A stretch of 64,000 bases of DNA, taken from NCBI GenBank assembly GCA_002633005.1, contig NMRA01000174.1, forward strand, positions 220,516 to 284,515, read 5' to 3'. Numbering within the stretch: the first letter of the stretch is position 1; the number at the start of each line of letters is the position of its first letter. Below the pieces are notes generated by a model, which saw only the letters and a list, made by a program, of their open reading frames with translations, was not told where the DNA came from and ran no database searches. Positions 1-12,161 of this stretch are shown piece by piece. The DNA comes from Phoronis australis. Its lineage: Eukaryota; Animalia; Phoronida. The translations under genes were made by a program, and so were the position numbers.

Positions 1-1030
1 TTCCACTGCACAGCAGTGGAAATTTGACGGCATTATAATAGTAGGAAAGGTGTTAAAATGCTGTTTATACCGGTAAGTTCAAACCTTCAGTCCGCATTAC
101 ATGGGATCTGTAGGTGGCGCTGAAAGCTGTCCATCATAGACTCGATCGCTATCTGGTAGGTTAGTGAATTTCAATGTGGCGCAGCTATTTCGAAAGTCAG
201 CTATTGTGATCTATTCACAGTGATCCCTGGTGGTTTTATGAATTGATCATCAGGTGCAGTAGACTAAGAACATCATTTGGACAAGAGCTTTCTAACATTT
301 AAACTAAATGACATCTGCATTCGTGAGATGAAACAACATTCGTGTAGCAGTGTTTTCGGACACAAAAATATAGAGTTACCCTTCATCTAGGAACTGTTTA
401 CTTTCTGTATCCCTTTGACCTTGAAAATAATGAAAATTCAAAATGTTAAATAAAATGTTTTTCGACCTCTGTGCATAAAACAGGTGAACTGACTATTGAT
501 CGCCATTTGCAATGCAGTTAACTATTAATGCTTTGTAATAACTATCGGTAAACCTGGATTGGTGACAGAATTATAACTCAAGATCTTGGCTTGTGTCACA
601 ACCAGGAATTAGTACGGCCATCTATGTACAACTGACTAACCTTGCCATTTCTGCAATTCAATGAGTCACACCAAAGTTTGTTGACCTAACAGTGAACTGA
701 TGTTCCCAAGTCAACAGAGAACAAGCATGGCCAAAGATGAGACTAAAAGGAAGTGTCCTTTAGTTCAGGTAATCAGCTGAGTTCATTTGAAAGAGCCAGC
801 TGTTTGTACTGAATGACCACCAATTGACCTTCACATACTGTCAACATGAGATAAGAGTCTACCACTTCCAACTCTAAATATGATTAAGTGCAAATGTTTT
901 TGATAGCTGGGTGGAGCGGATGTCCTGAAGAAAATCACGTATTTTTTGTACGCTAAATATTACATCACCAGGGGAAACCCTTAGTATAGTGTTGTTCACG
1001 ATGGGTCAACAGTGTTAAAAACTGTATATA

Positions 1031-1385
1031 CAGTTTCAGATGCCAAACTCACCAATTTACCAAAATGCAGAGTACATGTATGTTTGTAATATGAATTTAT
1101 TGTACAATTTTGCCACTTCAGGTCTTATCGCTGCTGAAGTCAAAAGTCCTCAATTTCAAACCATCCATCACATTTGGAATACTGAAATATGCCAGAAAAA
1201 CGATACAAACTTTGATTTTTGATTTCAGGGGGCATCTTTTTCCATGTGAAAGTACTTTCATAACTTTAAATACCACAAATTAATATTTTAATGACTGAAC
1301 CAAATACTCTTATTGGCTTTAAAATTAGGGACATGACTAGTAATTTTTGGAATACATAATTTTTAGTGTTAAAATTTTGGAACTG
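1031..1385. mobile_element. Putative Tc1/mariner-type MITE
   Basis: TA|CAGTTTCAGA ... TTTGGAACTG|TA: short imperfect terminal inverted repeat flanked by TA on both sides; AT-rich non-coding interior. Confidence 0.4.
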
Positions 1386-2759
1386 TATATATATTTGAGG
1401 TTTGTGATAAGTAAAGCAAGTTTATCAACGAAACACTTCATGAATAAAACAGTAAAAATTTCATAACATAATGTATAGATTCATTAAAATTCAATAAAAA
1501 TTCAATAACATGACATAAATTGATACTGATACATAAGTAAATGGTTGTTATTGTTATTAGTATGAATTTATGTTAGCGAATAAAAGCTAAGTGATTCACA
1601 ATCGTTGCAACAAAAATAAATGTATTTTTTTTACCTCTGAAATACTAGTGATGTTCATAAATTTCTAATATTTTAATGCCACAAGAAAAGCCACAGCAAA
1701 AAGGTCACCTGTAGTCACATGAACCAAGACTATCATGGTTACGCACACTGGCTACTTTACTTACCCCATAATGAAAAAGTCGTCTTCTTGGTCACAGCTC
1801 TTGAAAACTTATTCACCGACTCTACAAAACGCAGAATATAAACCCAACTTGAAGAGAACTGTGTTAATAGCATGGAGCTTACGCAGACATGCTTCACCGA
1901 AGAGCAGTACAGGTGAACAGCAGTGACGTAAATGGCCAATAAACTGCTCTCAGTAACAGCCTTGAGGCTCTGAGTTACAACAAACCAAATTGAGTTGATG
2001 TCAAATCTGACCACAGAGCAATTTTCATAACCCACCTCTCCCTCTGAACATCCAACTGAGAAATGACTCACTCCAGTTTCCTCTAAGCTTTCAACTATAA
2101 GGCTGATCCTCCTGAACCCATATTTACCTTCGCAGAAAAGTTTATTTATTCATTATTAGTGGGACTGGGAGCCCTTGACGTGTATTCTTAGAATCGATTC
2201 AGTATTTTTTTTAATTCCAAATTCATTACTTTCAGCGGATAATTTTCGAAAATTTTCAATGACAGACTCGACTAATCCATGGCAATTATTACGATAGACA
2301 GAGACATGGCACGCAACCAGACCGCTGATAGAGACTACATTATAGTTTCAATTAACAGCTTTTTAATTAGTATTGTCATTCCGTGAGTAGAGCCTTTAAG
2401 CAAGTTAAGGCTGAAATAATCACGTCATTTTAAAACAGCTGCAGACCACAAATTACAAGTGCCCATATAACCAACTGTATGATTCCAACACCAAAGGAGT
2501 AGAAATAAACTGAAAAATCACACCAGTTTATCGATCAGGATTAATTGATGCAGGAATGGTTCTAGGAAAAACAATGAAGATAAACCAATCTACGTATAGG
2601 AGCAAGCGATGACGACAATACTTGATGACCATGACAAAACAATGACAATGAAAGCGCATTAACTCGATTCTGAGAATAATAAAAGTCATTACAGCCACAA
2701 TGCTTTCCATTCCACGCAAGCTGTTAATTTGGATGAGGACATTGTAGACATTCAGTTTT

Positions 2760-3966
2760 CCAGGGTGCTCATTTTTTCAGATATTTCCAGGGTTGTTAGA
2801 TCCATTTGAAAATCAGCATTGGTTACACAACTTTCATGAAGATCCACTGCAGACCATGTTAAGTATCAGGGCAGACTCCATAACAATTTGCCACCAGGGT
2901 GCACCACAGTAGTCAGAGCCATCCAATAATCAACACCAGCCATGCTATCCTCAATAGAAACACAGTAATGCCAAATTTTTTGAAGATCAAGTAAAGAAGT
3001 TGGTAGATATTGTGGCATGTCAATACTTTTGCACTTTCTATTGTACTATTTTATGTTATTTATAATCATAATAAATGAACTTTTACCCCCTGCTTGTGCC
3101 TTGTATTCCTATTAGGGGGAGGGGGGGAGGAGGTTGCTTCGTGGACCCGTCTGGGCACCCTTCATGTCTATCATACCTGAATGAATGTCAGTCACGTGCT
3201 TCTCAATAACAAAACCAAATTTCATGATTATTCAAGTGATATGCCAATAGGGAGGCAAATGCGGATACATAAATAGTAAAAATGGCCACTATGGGGCCCA
3301 AACAACTATATGCGAAATTGGTCAGTCGTTTCCTTCATATTGCAAGTTTCATGAACATCTTACAAGGAACTTGGTGGAAGTTGTAGCCTACGGAAACAAA
3401 ACCTAAATTGCCACTAGGGGCGCCACAGTAGTCAAACTTGGGTCAAAATCAGCATCAGCCATGCTCTCAACAGGAATTTATCACTCAATTTATGAAGGTC
3501 CATTAAGGAACTTGGTGCACAGCAGTGGAGGCAAATAACAATATTCTTGCCAATAAGAGCATGTCCTTCAAACATCACCACCCTTCAAACCATTTGTCTG
3601 ATTCATAGGTGGACACCAAAAAATAAGCACCAAAATACTAAAATTGCCACTAGGGTGTGCACAGCATGGCGAAAAGGTTTGAAAATTGTAAGGTGACATT
3701 CTTTGCCAAGTTTCAGGAAAACCCACAAAAGGACTTGGTAAAAATAAAAGCAACATGCAAAAACTAAAATAGCCACTAGGTGGTACAGTACCGTAGTAAA
3801 AGAATTTGCCTGAAAGTCACACTCATCTGTCGAAATACTCATAGGAAAACACATGGCAATTTTCATTAAAATTCTTGTGGATGTCGGCAGGATAGATGGT
3901 GGATGGACGCAGGACAGAAATGATGGCAATATGCACATCACGTATGTATATGAGGGTGCGTAAAAA
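2760..3966 (+). mobile_element. Helentron/HINE-like non-autonomous repeat with ~125-bp internal subunits
   Basis: Recurring subunit (aagtttcatgaa ... ggaacttgg ... aaattgccactagggg(c)gccacagtagtc) at ~2890, 3285, 3410, 3646 and 3772. A GAYR-like microsatellite lies at ~3890-3917 and a 3' hairpin (atgcacatca...tgagggtgcgt) is followed by an A-run. The same motifs occur at 10829-11420 and 41125-41277. Boundaries approximate. Confidence 0.5.
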
Positions 3967-4992
3967 TGAAGAAATATAGAATAGTAAAACTAGTAAAACT
4001 AAAACAGCGAGCATCAGTACTAAAATATATTAAAATATCCCCACGTTTTGAGCGATGCGCTCTTTGTCAAGGGTGTGCTACAGACTGCTGAGTATATGTA
4101 GATGGATCTAAAATAAAATGGCACAGGAGACCACATAGTGACATACAATAGAAATATAGATTTTTTAGTCCGAAACTGGTGAGATTTTACCGACATCTAC
4201 TTACCTAGTAGTGAACAGCTAGCATGCCATGTTTCAGGTGGAATACGTTAGTTGAATACCCCAACATCAGATTCTGTAACAAAAACATGCAGTAGTCCTC
4301 AGGCAAAAGCACAAGTATATTAACAAAATACAGAGCCATGACCATGGCAACAGGGTCGGATGTTCTTCTCCTGGGCACAGCAAGAATGTTGACTTTTTCG
4401 AACCACTTAATTACAGGTGAGGTTCAACCAAGCAATCAAGGGAGCAACAGAAAGTACTTGAGCCACCCTAGACACTAAACAATCAATTCACTGCACATCC
4501 AGTATGTGATCTCATTAGAAACAAAGAAAGTAATTTACCCAGCTTCATTCTGATACACATGTGGGTGGTTTATGCATTCTACTGGTGGGTGTGCATGCAG
4601 GCTGGCATGTGTAAAACTGCAGGGTGGTATTCATCTCAATCCCCGACAACTTTCACAAGAATTCAGTCCAAAGCAGCCTAATTGTAAGAGCCAAACAAGT
4701 ACGCTGTTTGAGTGATAGCGAGACTGTTGTATATAATATATCAAATATATAGAAAAAAATTATAGTAAAATCATCCCACCATAAGCACTACCGAGAATTT
4801 GCAAAAACAGACCCACCCAAAAGTACACCCATGGACATATTTTTGGTAATTGTGTATGAGTTTGGAATATCTGATGAATCGTTCTAAAATGCATGTGATG
4901 TTTTTATTTTGGCAAGATATATTTTTAGATTGTGATTTCACTCAAATGATTATCATTAAATGAGATATTGTTCAATTCAGTTGGTAACTAAC

Positions 4993-5866
4993 TTTATACC
5001 ACAATATTAGCGTCAAATGGCAGATAATACCGTGTAATAACCCATAAAGTTATCTCACTAGTGAGATAACGATTTGGCGGGAAACCGAGGACGGAGTCGA
5101 ACCCGGGACCTTGGTATTGCTGATCGCCGACCTTAACCACTACACCACGCAGCGACTGACGTCATCAAGAGTGAAAATAGAATACTTAAATGAGCACGCG
5201 CAATAATCGCACGTTCAACAAACCGCATTGTACTGTACTTATACGCTGCGAAAAATAAGACACATAATTTCCATAAAAATGATATCTTAATTCAATGAAA
5301 TATTTCTCTCATGTCCTCTTACTTGTAAATCACCGATCTCCAGTTTGAATGCGGGTATCGTGTCGTCAGGATCATTGACTTGAGAATTATATTCAGTTAC
5401 CAGTGGTAACCTACTTTAGCAGACGATAATTTCCCGGTCGAAGCTTAGAGTGTAAAAAACGTGTTTTAAGCTATAATAGTTGGTAAACCTTAATTCATAA
5501 ATTCAGTTTATTTCTATTATATTTAAGTTTTCAATTGGTTTTGAGTAAAAGCATTATTTGACAAAAATAGCCCGGCTTTTCTTAAAAGGTCACGACCTCC
5601 GACCCCGGGCCTCTGACATAGAAAGTAGTTACAAAGCCGTGGAGAGTCAGAAAAGGTAAATCGATTCATTGCAATGTTTCTCGTTTAGTATGTGGTATAA
5701 ATAGATTATTACATGTTCTCAGCCGTTATCCCCCTTATCTAGAGCCCTCGTGGATTTTGGAGAATTATCACCCTCGGGGCTAAGGCCCCTCGGGCGATAA
5801 TTCTCCAAAATCCACTCGGGCTCTAGATAACGGGGGATAACGACTTCGCCATGTAATAACCTATAT
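4993..5866. mobile_element. Non-autonomous element with inverted repeat, tRNA remnant and ~165-nt terminal palindrome (copy 1; possibly Crypton-like)
   Basis: TTTATACCACA (4993-5003) / TGTGGTATAAA (5691-5701) inverted repeat, then an imperfect palindrome 5701-5864 centred on GGGGC-TAAG-GCCCC. Homologous blocks recur at 35381-36014. Confidence 0.7.
5085..5153 (-). pseudogene. tRNA-derived (Pol III A/B box) remnant inside the repeat
   Basis: The minus strand reads TGGTGTAGTGG (A box, 5137-5147) and GGTTCGACTCC (B box, 5093-5103) at tRNA-like spacing. Acceptor, D and anticodon stems do not pair well. Confidence 0.55.
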
Positions 5867-7321
5867 GTATTAGCACAGTATGGTTCTCACAAGATGAACT
5901 GCGTACTACATCATGCTGAAACTGTTTAAAAAAAAGTTTCAGCATTTTGTAAAACAGTGAATAAAGCGTAGTATCTGAAAGTTTTATTTGAATCCAATCA
6001 ATTATTTGTGAAATATGATTATCCGAACTTAGCCAAATTTGGAATTTTTTTGGGAGTAGGGTCCTCATAAACTTAAGTTGCACTGGCTGAAGTAGAGCTG
6101 TCTAGGTATGCCAATAACTGAGGTTGAATTTCTCAAAACTTATGATACACTGCTTTAATGAAAATAATATGATTATGTAATACAGCAGATCAAAGGTGAC
6201 ATATTTGCAACTACAATACAGGTCATATAAATTGGTGGCGCAGGTGCAACTCAATGCCTTTATTGCGTGCAATTCCACACCTTCAGGTTCCTGTATATAT
6301 GAGGCGTGCATGTCGGAAGTTCAAAGTGTACATCCACTAATGAATAATGACCCAATTTTGATGACCACGTGCACTTGAGAGTATAGTACACACTCGCCAA
6401 GTCAGAGGTATTATCTTGTTCTTTTTTAATTTAATTAAGCTCGCTCTCTATAGCACTTTCATTTTTTGGTGATCTTTTTCATAATATTAGGTTGATAACG
6501 ACAAAAAAGAAAGTACACCCATAGAAAACCAACGATACCAACTGAATAGCATGACCATATTACAAATGATCAAGATAAAATCTCAAAAAAAATCCCTTAC
6601 AGTTTTTGTAATTATGATTTCGTTATTGTTTTATGCAACTCTTGATTTTTTCAAAAAATACAAATTTTAGTCCTGTTTTTAATAGACCCTCATGCAAATG
6701 CCGAAAATTTCAAAAACAGCATCTAACAGCGTTCAGAGAACATTGCAAAAAGCATGCTATCTGTAATGTATGAATCTTATGAGCCATTTCTGAGGTATGA
6801 TGTTCTGAAGTTTGCTAAATTTGGACATTTTTCGAGGGTCCAACACAACCTGGTAGTTTTTCTTCTACCATGTATAACTTGGAGAAATAATCATACTTCT
6901 CAATTTAAGTGATGGCCTTTATAATGCAGGATATTACTGTTCCGATTCTCTGAGTATTTCCGGCTCAAATGTAACTGATCCATCTTGTCATTTTATACAT
7001 TGTTATGATTTTATATTGTAGTATAATATGAATATTTAATGCAATGGTAATACAATTGAGTAATATGCTTTGGAATAAATCAATGAATGCAGCCTAATCC
7101 AGTCCAAAACCATGCCACAATTTACCGCACGCGTTCACGTTAACAATCACGGCATTTAAAATTAAAGGCTGGGCGTGCAACAAAACAATCAAGGACGCTT
7201 AAAAGTGATATTTCCGAAAATTTGGATGTAGATGTTTAAGCGGGCATGGGTTTTAAGTTTGAACCAAAACCAGCTCAGTTCCTGAAACATGATGTACAGA
7301 ATCTATGTCAAGTTTGATATC

Positions 7322-7695
7322 CTGTTCACACCAAAGTGGAGATAACTTTTAAAACCCAATTTAAAAGCTATAACTCTCCGTCTTAACTGAAGCGCAGTTA
7401 TAATCCACCATGAGGGTGGTTTAGCGAGAGTTTATCATCCTAGTGAACACAGCAGTTGCGAAAGTTATCACTTCATCGGTGGCGCTGCTGTCACATCTTG
7501 TTGGAGACGCACATCCTGGTACTAACTGGAGTGAATAGGAAAGCGAAAAGCGATAGCACAAATGACTAGCAACTGGAGACTAAAACTAGGAACTAGGGTA
7601 ACAACAGTTTTAACTATGGCCATGAACACTAACAATTACATAACAGTGACAACTATAGAAAGAGTTAAAACTAAGTTTAGTTGGTTGAACACAGA
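7322..7695. mobile_element. Diverged MITE fragment, possibly related to MITE family A
   Basis: Begins CTGTTCACAC with GTGAACAC/GTGAATAGG inverse matches downstream. Shares aatccacc, gttatc and ggtggcgctgctgtc motifs with family A. Confidence 0.3.
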
Positions 7696-8560
7696 TTATG
7701 CTATGTTGATTGCACAGCATAACTGACATAACACAATGTCAGTGATAAACAGTTTGACAAAACTGTCTTGAAAATAATAAAACCTGTAAGAAAGCCCAGG
7801 ACAGGATGTGAAGACAGTCACTCAAACAATTTCCGGACGATAATTGACAGGATGAGTTTTCTTGACAGTTCCACATGGTTTTTGAGTGCTTAGTTTCCTT
7901 TTCGGCCACTAAAATCAATAGCCAGCAAATATCAAACAGAATGAAGTTATACAGTTGCACTAACAAGAGACTTAAAACTACTTTCAAGATAAATTGTGCT
8001 TACTTTGGACGCAAAAATGTTTCTCAATACATGTATGCCGTGTGCGCATCGGAACAAATCTATGGAGATCTACCTGTAAATGAGCCACCAGTAATTTGAG
8101 AACAATCAAACTATGTCACAACATATACCTTTTCGTCCAGAGGGCAAACAAAAAACAGCCATTGGTTTGAATGGTGGTTAGCTAGGGACCATTAATTAAC
8201 AGATCAGCCATTTTTACCATGGTGAAGGTCAACACATAAACCCTGGAGAATGTAATCTTTGATTTAACTTCATGACACCTAACAGTAAAGATTTAAATGT
8301 TCTTTTCCTTGAGTATTAGAATCAGTTAAGTGCCATCCACTTCAACAAGATGTAGCTGTGTAAAACATATTTAGAAAAAAATCTGTAAACAAAATTTTGT
8401 TCTTTATGTGGCAGTAATTGAACAAATCAAAACTTTTGAAATCAAACAGAATATTACGAATCTTTCAAAAATCTTTAAAAATTTCAATATTACTGTAAGA
8501 AATTAAAGAGAAACACACTTCTATGTCAATTTTGATTTCAATTGAATTTACTTTTATCAA

Positions 8561-9059
8561 AGGCCCTTTCATACTAACTTAACTCTGGTATAAGCGAAGC
8601 ATCAATGTAAACTGAGAAGTTAATTGAATCGTTCATACCTGCTTTATTAGTTAACGGCATCGAAGTAAACGGTAGGTGACGCTGTCGTTATCAAAGTAAT
8701 CGCAATGTAGCGCTGATGCATCTTTTACGCGCTAATATTTTTTTAATGTGACAATTTGAGAACATTAACGTTTAATAATTGACATAAAACTCAATTGGTA
8801 ATTACTTGAGCAATCTATTAGCAAATATTAGCCACGACACTGCCCTTTAATTGTTGACGACAGCAGTGGCCCCTGGCAATAAGTTCGATGAGACTGGAGT
8901 TCATACCGCACCGCTGTGTCGACGCTCCGTTGTAAATCCATCTGTTTAGTGCGAAGTTAACTGACGCTGTTAACTTCGATCCAGGACCGAAAGTTAACCG
9001 TTCATGCTGACTGCAACTCCCGAAAACATTGATGTGTCAACTTTAGTATGAAAGGGGCT
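8561..9059 (+). mobile_element. MITE family A (PIF/Harbinger-like), copy 1
   Basis: TIR AGGCCCTTTCATACTAA / TTAGTATGAAAGGGGCT; internal GTTCATAC and GTTAAC repeats; colinear with 51096-51609 and with the reverse complement of 62727-63152. Confidence 0.8.
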
Positions 9060-9390
9060 TTAGAAAGAGAAGTAATGAGAAAATACAAATATTGATAAGA
9101 GAAACAAACTGTGTGAAAATAACGTAAAGAAATCATAGACTACAACAACTAAAAAACATTTGCCAAAATAAGCACATCCACTTTTCAAATCTGACCTTGT
9201 CACTTACACCAAGTGTTTTTGTGACATCTACACATCCTAGACAATGTAAATAATGCTTTTGATGAGAACTGTGTTGTTTTTCTTCAGTGCAGATGTGTGC
9301 AAAAAGGGGGAGGGGCTACATCAACTGCTCTGCCCACGACCTGATTAATTAATTACCCAAGTTACGTGCCCTGGGCGTTAACTAGAGGGC

Positions 9391-9795
9391 CAGGGTCTAA
9401 TCTTAGAACTCGAAGTCACACTCGAAATTACTTTTGGCATTTTCCATTCTACTTCCGGGAGAACTTAAGATAAGTGTCTATTAGTCTATGCTCTGGTACA
9501 TTATGGTTTATGCATATGAGTTTCTAGACTAAGTTTGTACTTGATGGCTACTAGATTGAGTTACAAATTTGAGATTTCAAATAAAAACTTAAAATTTCGA
9601 GTTCAGACTTCAAATTTGAGTCCAAATGCTGGGGTCATCAAGAGCATACTAGAATTTCAGTTATCCACGTACGTCATTATGTATGGTACTTGAGAACAGA
9701 ATAATAGACAATTGTCTTGGGCTCACACAAAAGTAGAACTGAAGATGTCAAAACTGATTTTGAGCGCAATTTCACGCAAACATATTAGACCCCAG
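9391..9795. mobile_element. CAG-flanked MITE (Harbinger-like)
   Basis: CAG-GGTCTAAT ... ATTAGACCC-CAG termini; internal CTCGAA/TTCGAG repeats. Confidence 0.5.
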
Positions 9796-10066
9796 ACCCT
9801 GGACGAGAATGGCAACATTTTTTCCTTCATATCAGAGACACTTCACCGTACTGTCAGTGCAGTGTAGCCATCAAAACAATCACTCCAAATTGAAGAGTAG
9901 CTATTTTTAGTAAAGTTCCTGACGTCAAATGGACGGGGCATCTTTGCAACACAATAACAGGAGTTGGTTAAATGTTAATGCGATGCACACTTCTTCGTAT
10001 ACTAAAATAAGATGAAATTAAGCTCCTCGTGGGAACTAGGAACACCAAAAGGTGGATGTGATTTGA

Positions 10067-10273
10067 ATTATTGTCACTCGTTCATTAACTTATTATTGTC
10101 ACTCGTTCATTAGCTTATTATTGTCACTCGTTCATTAACTTATTATTGTCACTCGTTCATTAGCTTATTATTGTCACTCGTTCATTAGCTTATTATTGTC
10201 ACTCGTTCATTAGCTTATTATTGTCACTCGTTCATTAGCTTATTATTGTCACTCGTTCATTAGCTTATTATTG
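10067..10273. repeat. 25-bp minisatellite (ATTATTGTCACTCGTTCATTARCTT), ~8.3 copies, truncated by N at 10274
   Basis: Head-to-tail units differing only at one A/G position; no spacers; ends at the gap. Confidence 0.95.
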
Positions 10274-10424
10274 NAAAAAAACTATTAAGAATGGTCTTCA
10301 AAATGATCCAAACCCTTATGATTTTCGCAAAAAAACCTTGTTGCATGAAGAAGATGAAATCGGTATTTTAGAAAACTTGAACTGACAGTGTTTTTGACAT
10401 CGGATTTTGAACAATAAAACAAAA

Positions 10425-12160
10425 TTTGATCATGTTATTAATAGTGTTGTTTTACCATCAATGTACCTCTCGTTTTTGCTAAAAAGACCCTGCCAGGAAA
10501 TCCAAATACCAGTAATGGGAGATTGGTAAAAAGTAAAGAAAAATTATACAGGCTTTCTACTTTCAGAAAATATGTTTTACTGAGTTAAAATCTATGGTTC
10601 TGTAGAGGTTAAGTTAAATACACAAGGTGCTGCATAACCCTAAAAATCCTTATAAGTTATGGTACACCACTGTAACAAACAGCAAAATGAACATGGCCAA
10701 CAACTGTGTTACCAGCAGGAACTTAAGGATGCATTGCAAAGGTAGAACATCAACAAACCATGGAAAGGCAATTCAAACTACAGATCAAAACTACTGGTTT
10801 CATGAAAATACATGAACTATTATTTTTAACAAGAACAACATGGAGTGTTGAAATGTGCCCACGAATGCACCGCAAATAGTGTGCTACTAGGGATGCTTAT
10901 TTGTATTATAAAAGTGGCTACTAGATGGCGCAAAATAAGTTGAATCCACCCGAAACGAAAACATATCGTTTCTAAATTAAAACGGACTAGAAACAGTAAA
11001 AATGGCCACTGGATGGCGCAAAATACGTCAAATTCATCCCACAAGGAAAACATGTCATCGTTTCCTTAATAGAAAGCTATTTCCAAAGTTTCATAAAAAT
11101 CTATCAAGCAACTTCAGAGAAACAGGGGAATGGAAAAAAATGAAATTTCCACAAGGGTGCACAGCGTATGTCGGATCAGTCTGAAAGTCATCGACGTCCA
11201 TTGTCAACTTCCTATAAATACACTTATTAAATTTAATTAAGATTCTGCAGTAGGTTTAGGAGATAAGACTATGGGTGCAAAAAACAAAAGTGTCACTAGG
11301 AGGCGCCACAGTAGTCGAAGTCGGAAAATCATATAAATATGTGGGCGCATACAAACTCACCTCTCAGCTTTTTCCCAAGTTATATCTATTAAAAATAATT
11401 GAAAGTCCCCAAACAGCAATTCTTTGTAAACCAGGAATTGAACAGGCCCAAACACAATATTCAAAAATACTTTTTTTTCGTACCTGTGCTACCGTACTTG
11501 ACAGAGGAAAAAATACAACATACACAGAGGATCCACAATTACTATACCTTAGTTAAAGAATCCAGTAACTTCTTAAAAAATCAAAACACATCTAATACAG
11601 AATGCCACTGATGCACTTTCACTCAAGGACAGACCTTTCCTGAATTGCCCTCCACAGTAACCACCAGATCAAGTAAGGATCTAAGAAAGAAAATAACAAG
11701 CAGATCCTGCAGAAGGATACAGTACAAGTGTGGGGTAATGATTCATGGAAACTGCCAGCAAAGACAGCTTGCTGCTCATTCACTACTGTTGTTGACACAA
11801 CTGTTTTGGATCAACTAGACAATCCAGTCAATAAATTTCAGCCTCACTTAGAAGGTAGCTATTTTCTTCCCTCAAATAAGACAAGAGCTCTCTTGCCAGA
11901 AGATGTCACAATTACTTGGCAGGATGCCAGTTTCATCCCTGAGTGCAGTGACGCCAATGTATTAAATTAATTCGACTGACACCTTGAGGGGTAGGGTCAT
12001 TGTCTGAAATGACATTCATTCACCAGGCAAAACATTGGTTCTGAGTAGACTTATCTTGATATCTAATAAATTAGAGGGAAGAAAAGTCAAATGTCATGCG
12101 TTAATGAAAAACTAAACCTGGATTAGAGTGAAACGCTGCACAATTACACCAGATTACCAG
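10425..12160 (+). repeat. Copy A of 1.7-kb tandem duplication
   Basis: Nearly identical to 12162-13908 (same short ORFs, few SNPs and indels); ends at N 12161. Confidence 0.95.
10829..11420 (+). mobile_element. Helentron/HINE-like repeat, copy 2 (duplicated at ~12574-13160)
   Basis: Starts AACAAGA; subunits with ccact(a/g)g(a/g)tggcgc or ggaggcgccacagtagtc and aagtttcat, as at 2760-3966. Confidence 0.5.
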
Positions 12161-12161
12161 N

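Noticed and set aside
1-21. 9-bp hairpin TTCCACTGC/GCAGTGGAA at the window edge
   Set aside because: Too short and truncated by the window start to interpret.
5085-5153. Functional tRNA gene
   Set aside because: A/B boxes are present but the cloverleaf stems do not pair, and it is embedded in a repeat whose second copy is further decayed.
10067-10273. CRISPR-like array
   Set aside because: Units are contiguous with no unique spacers, there are no cas genes, and the context is eukaryotic.
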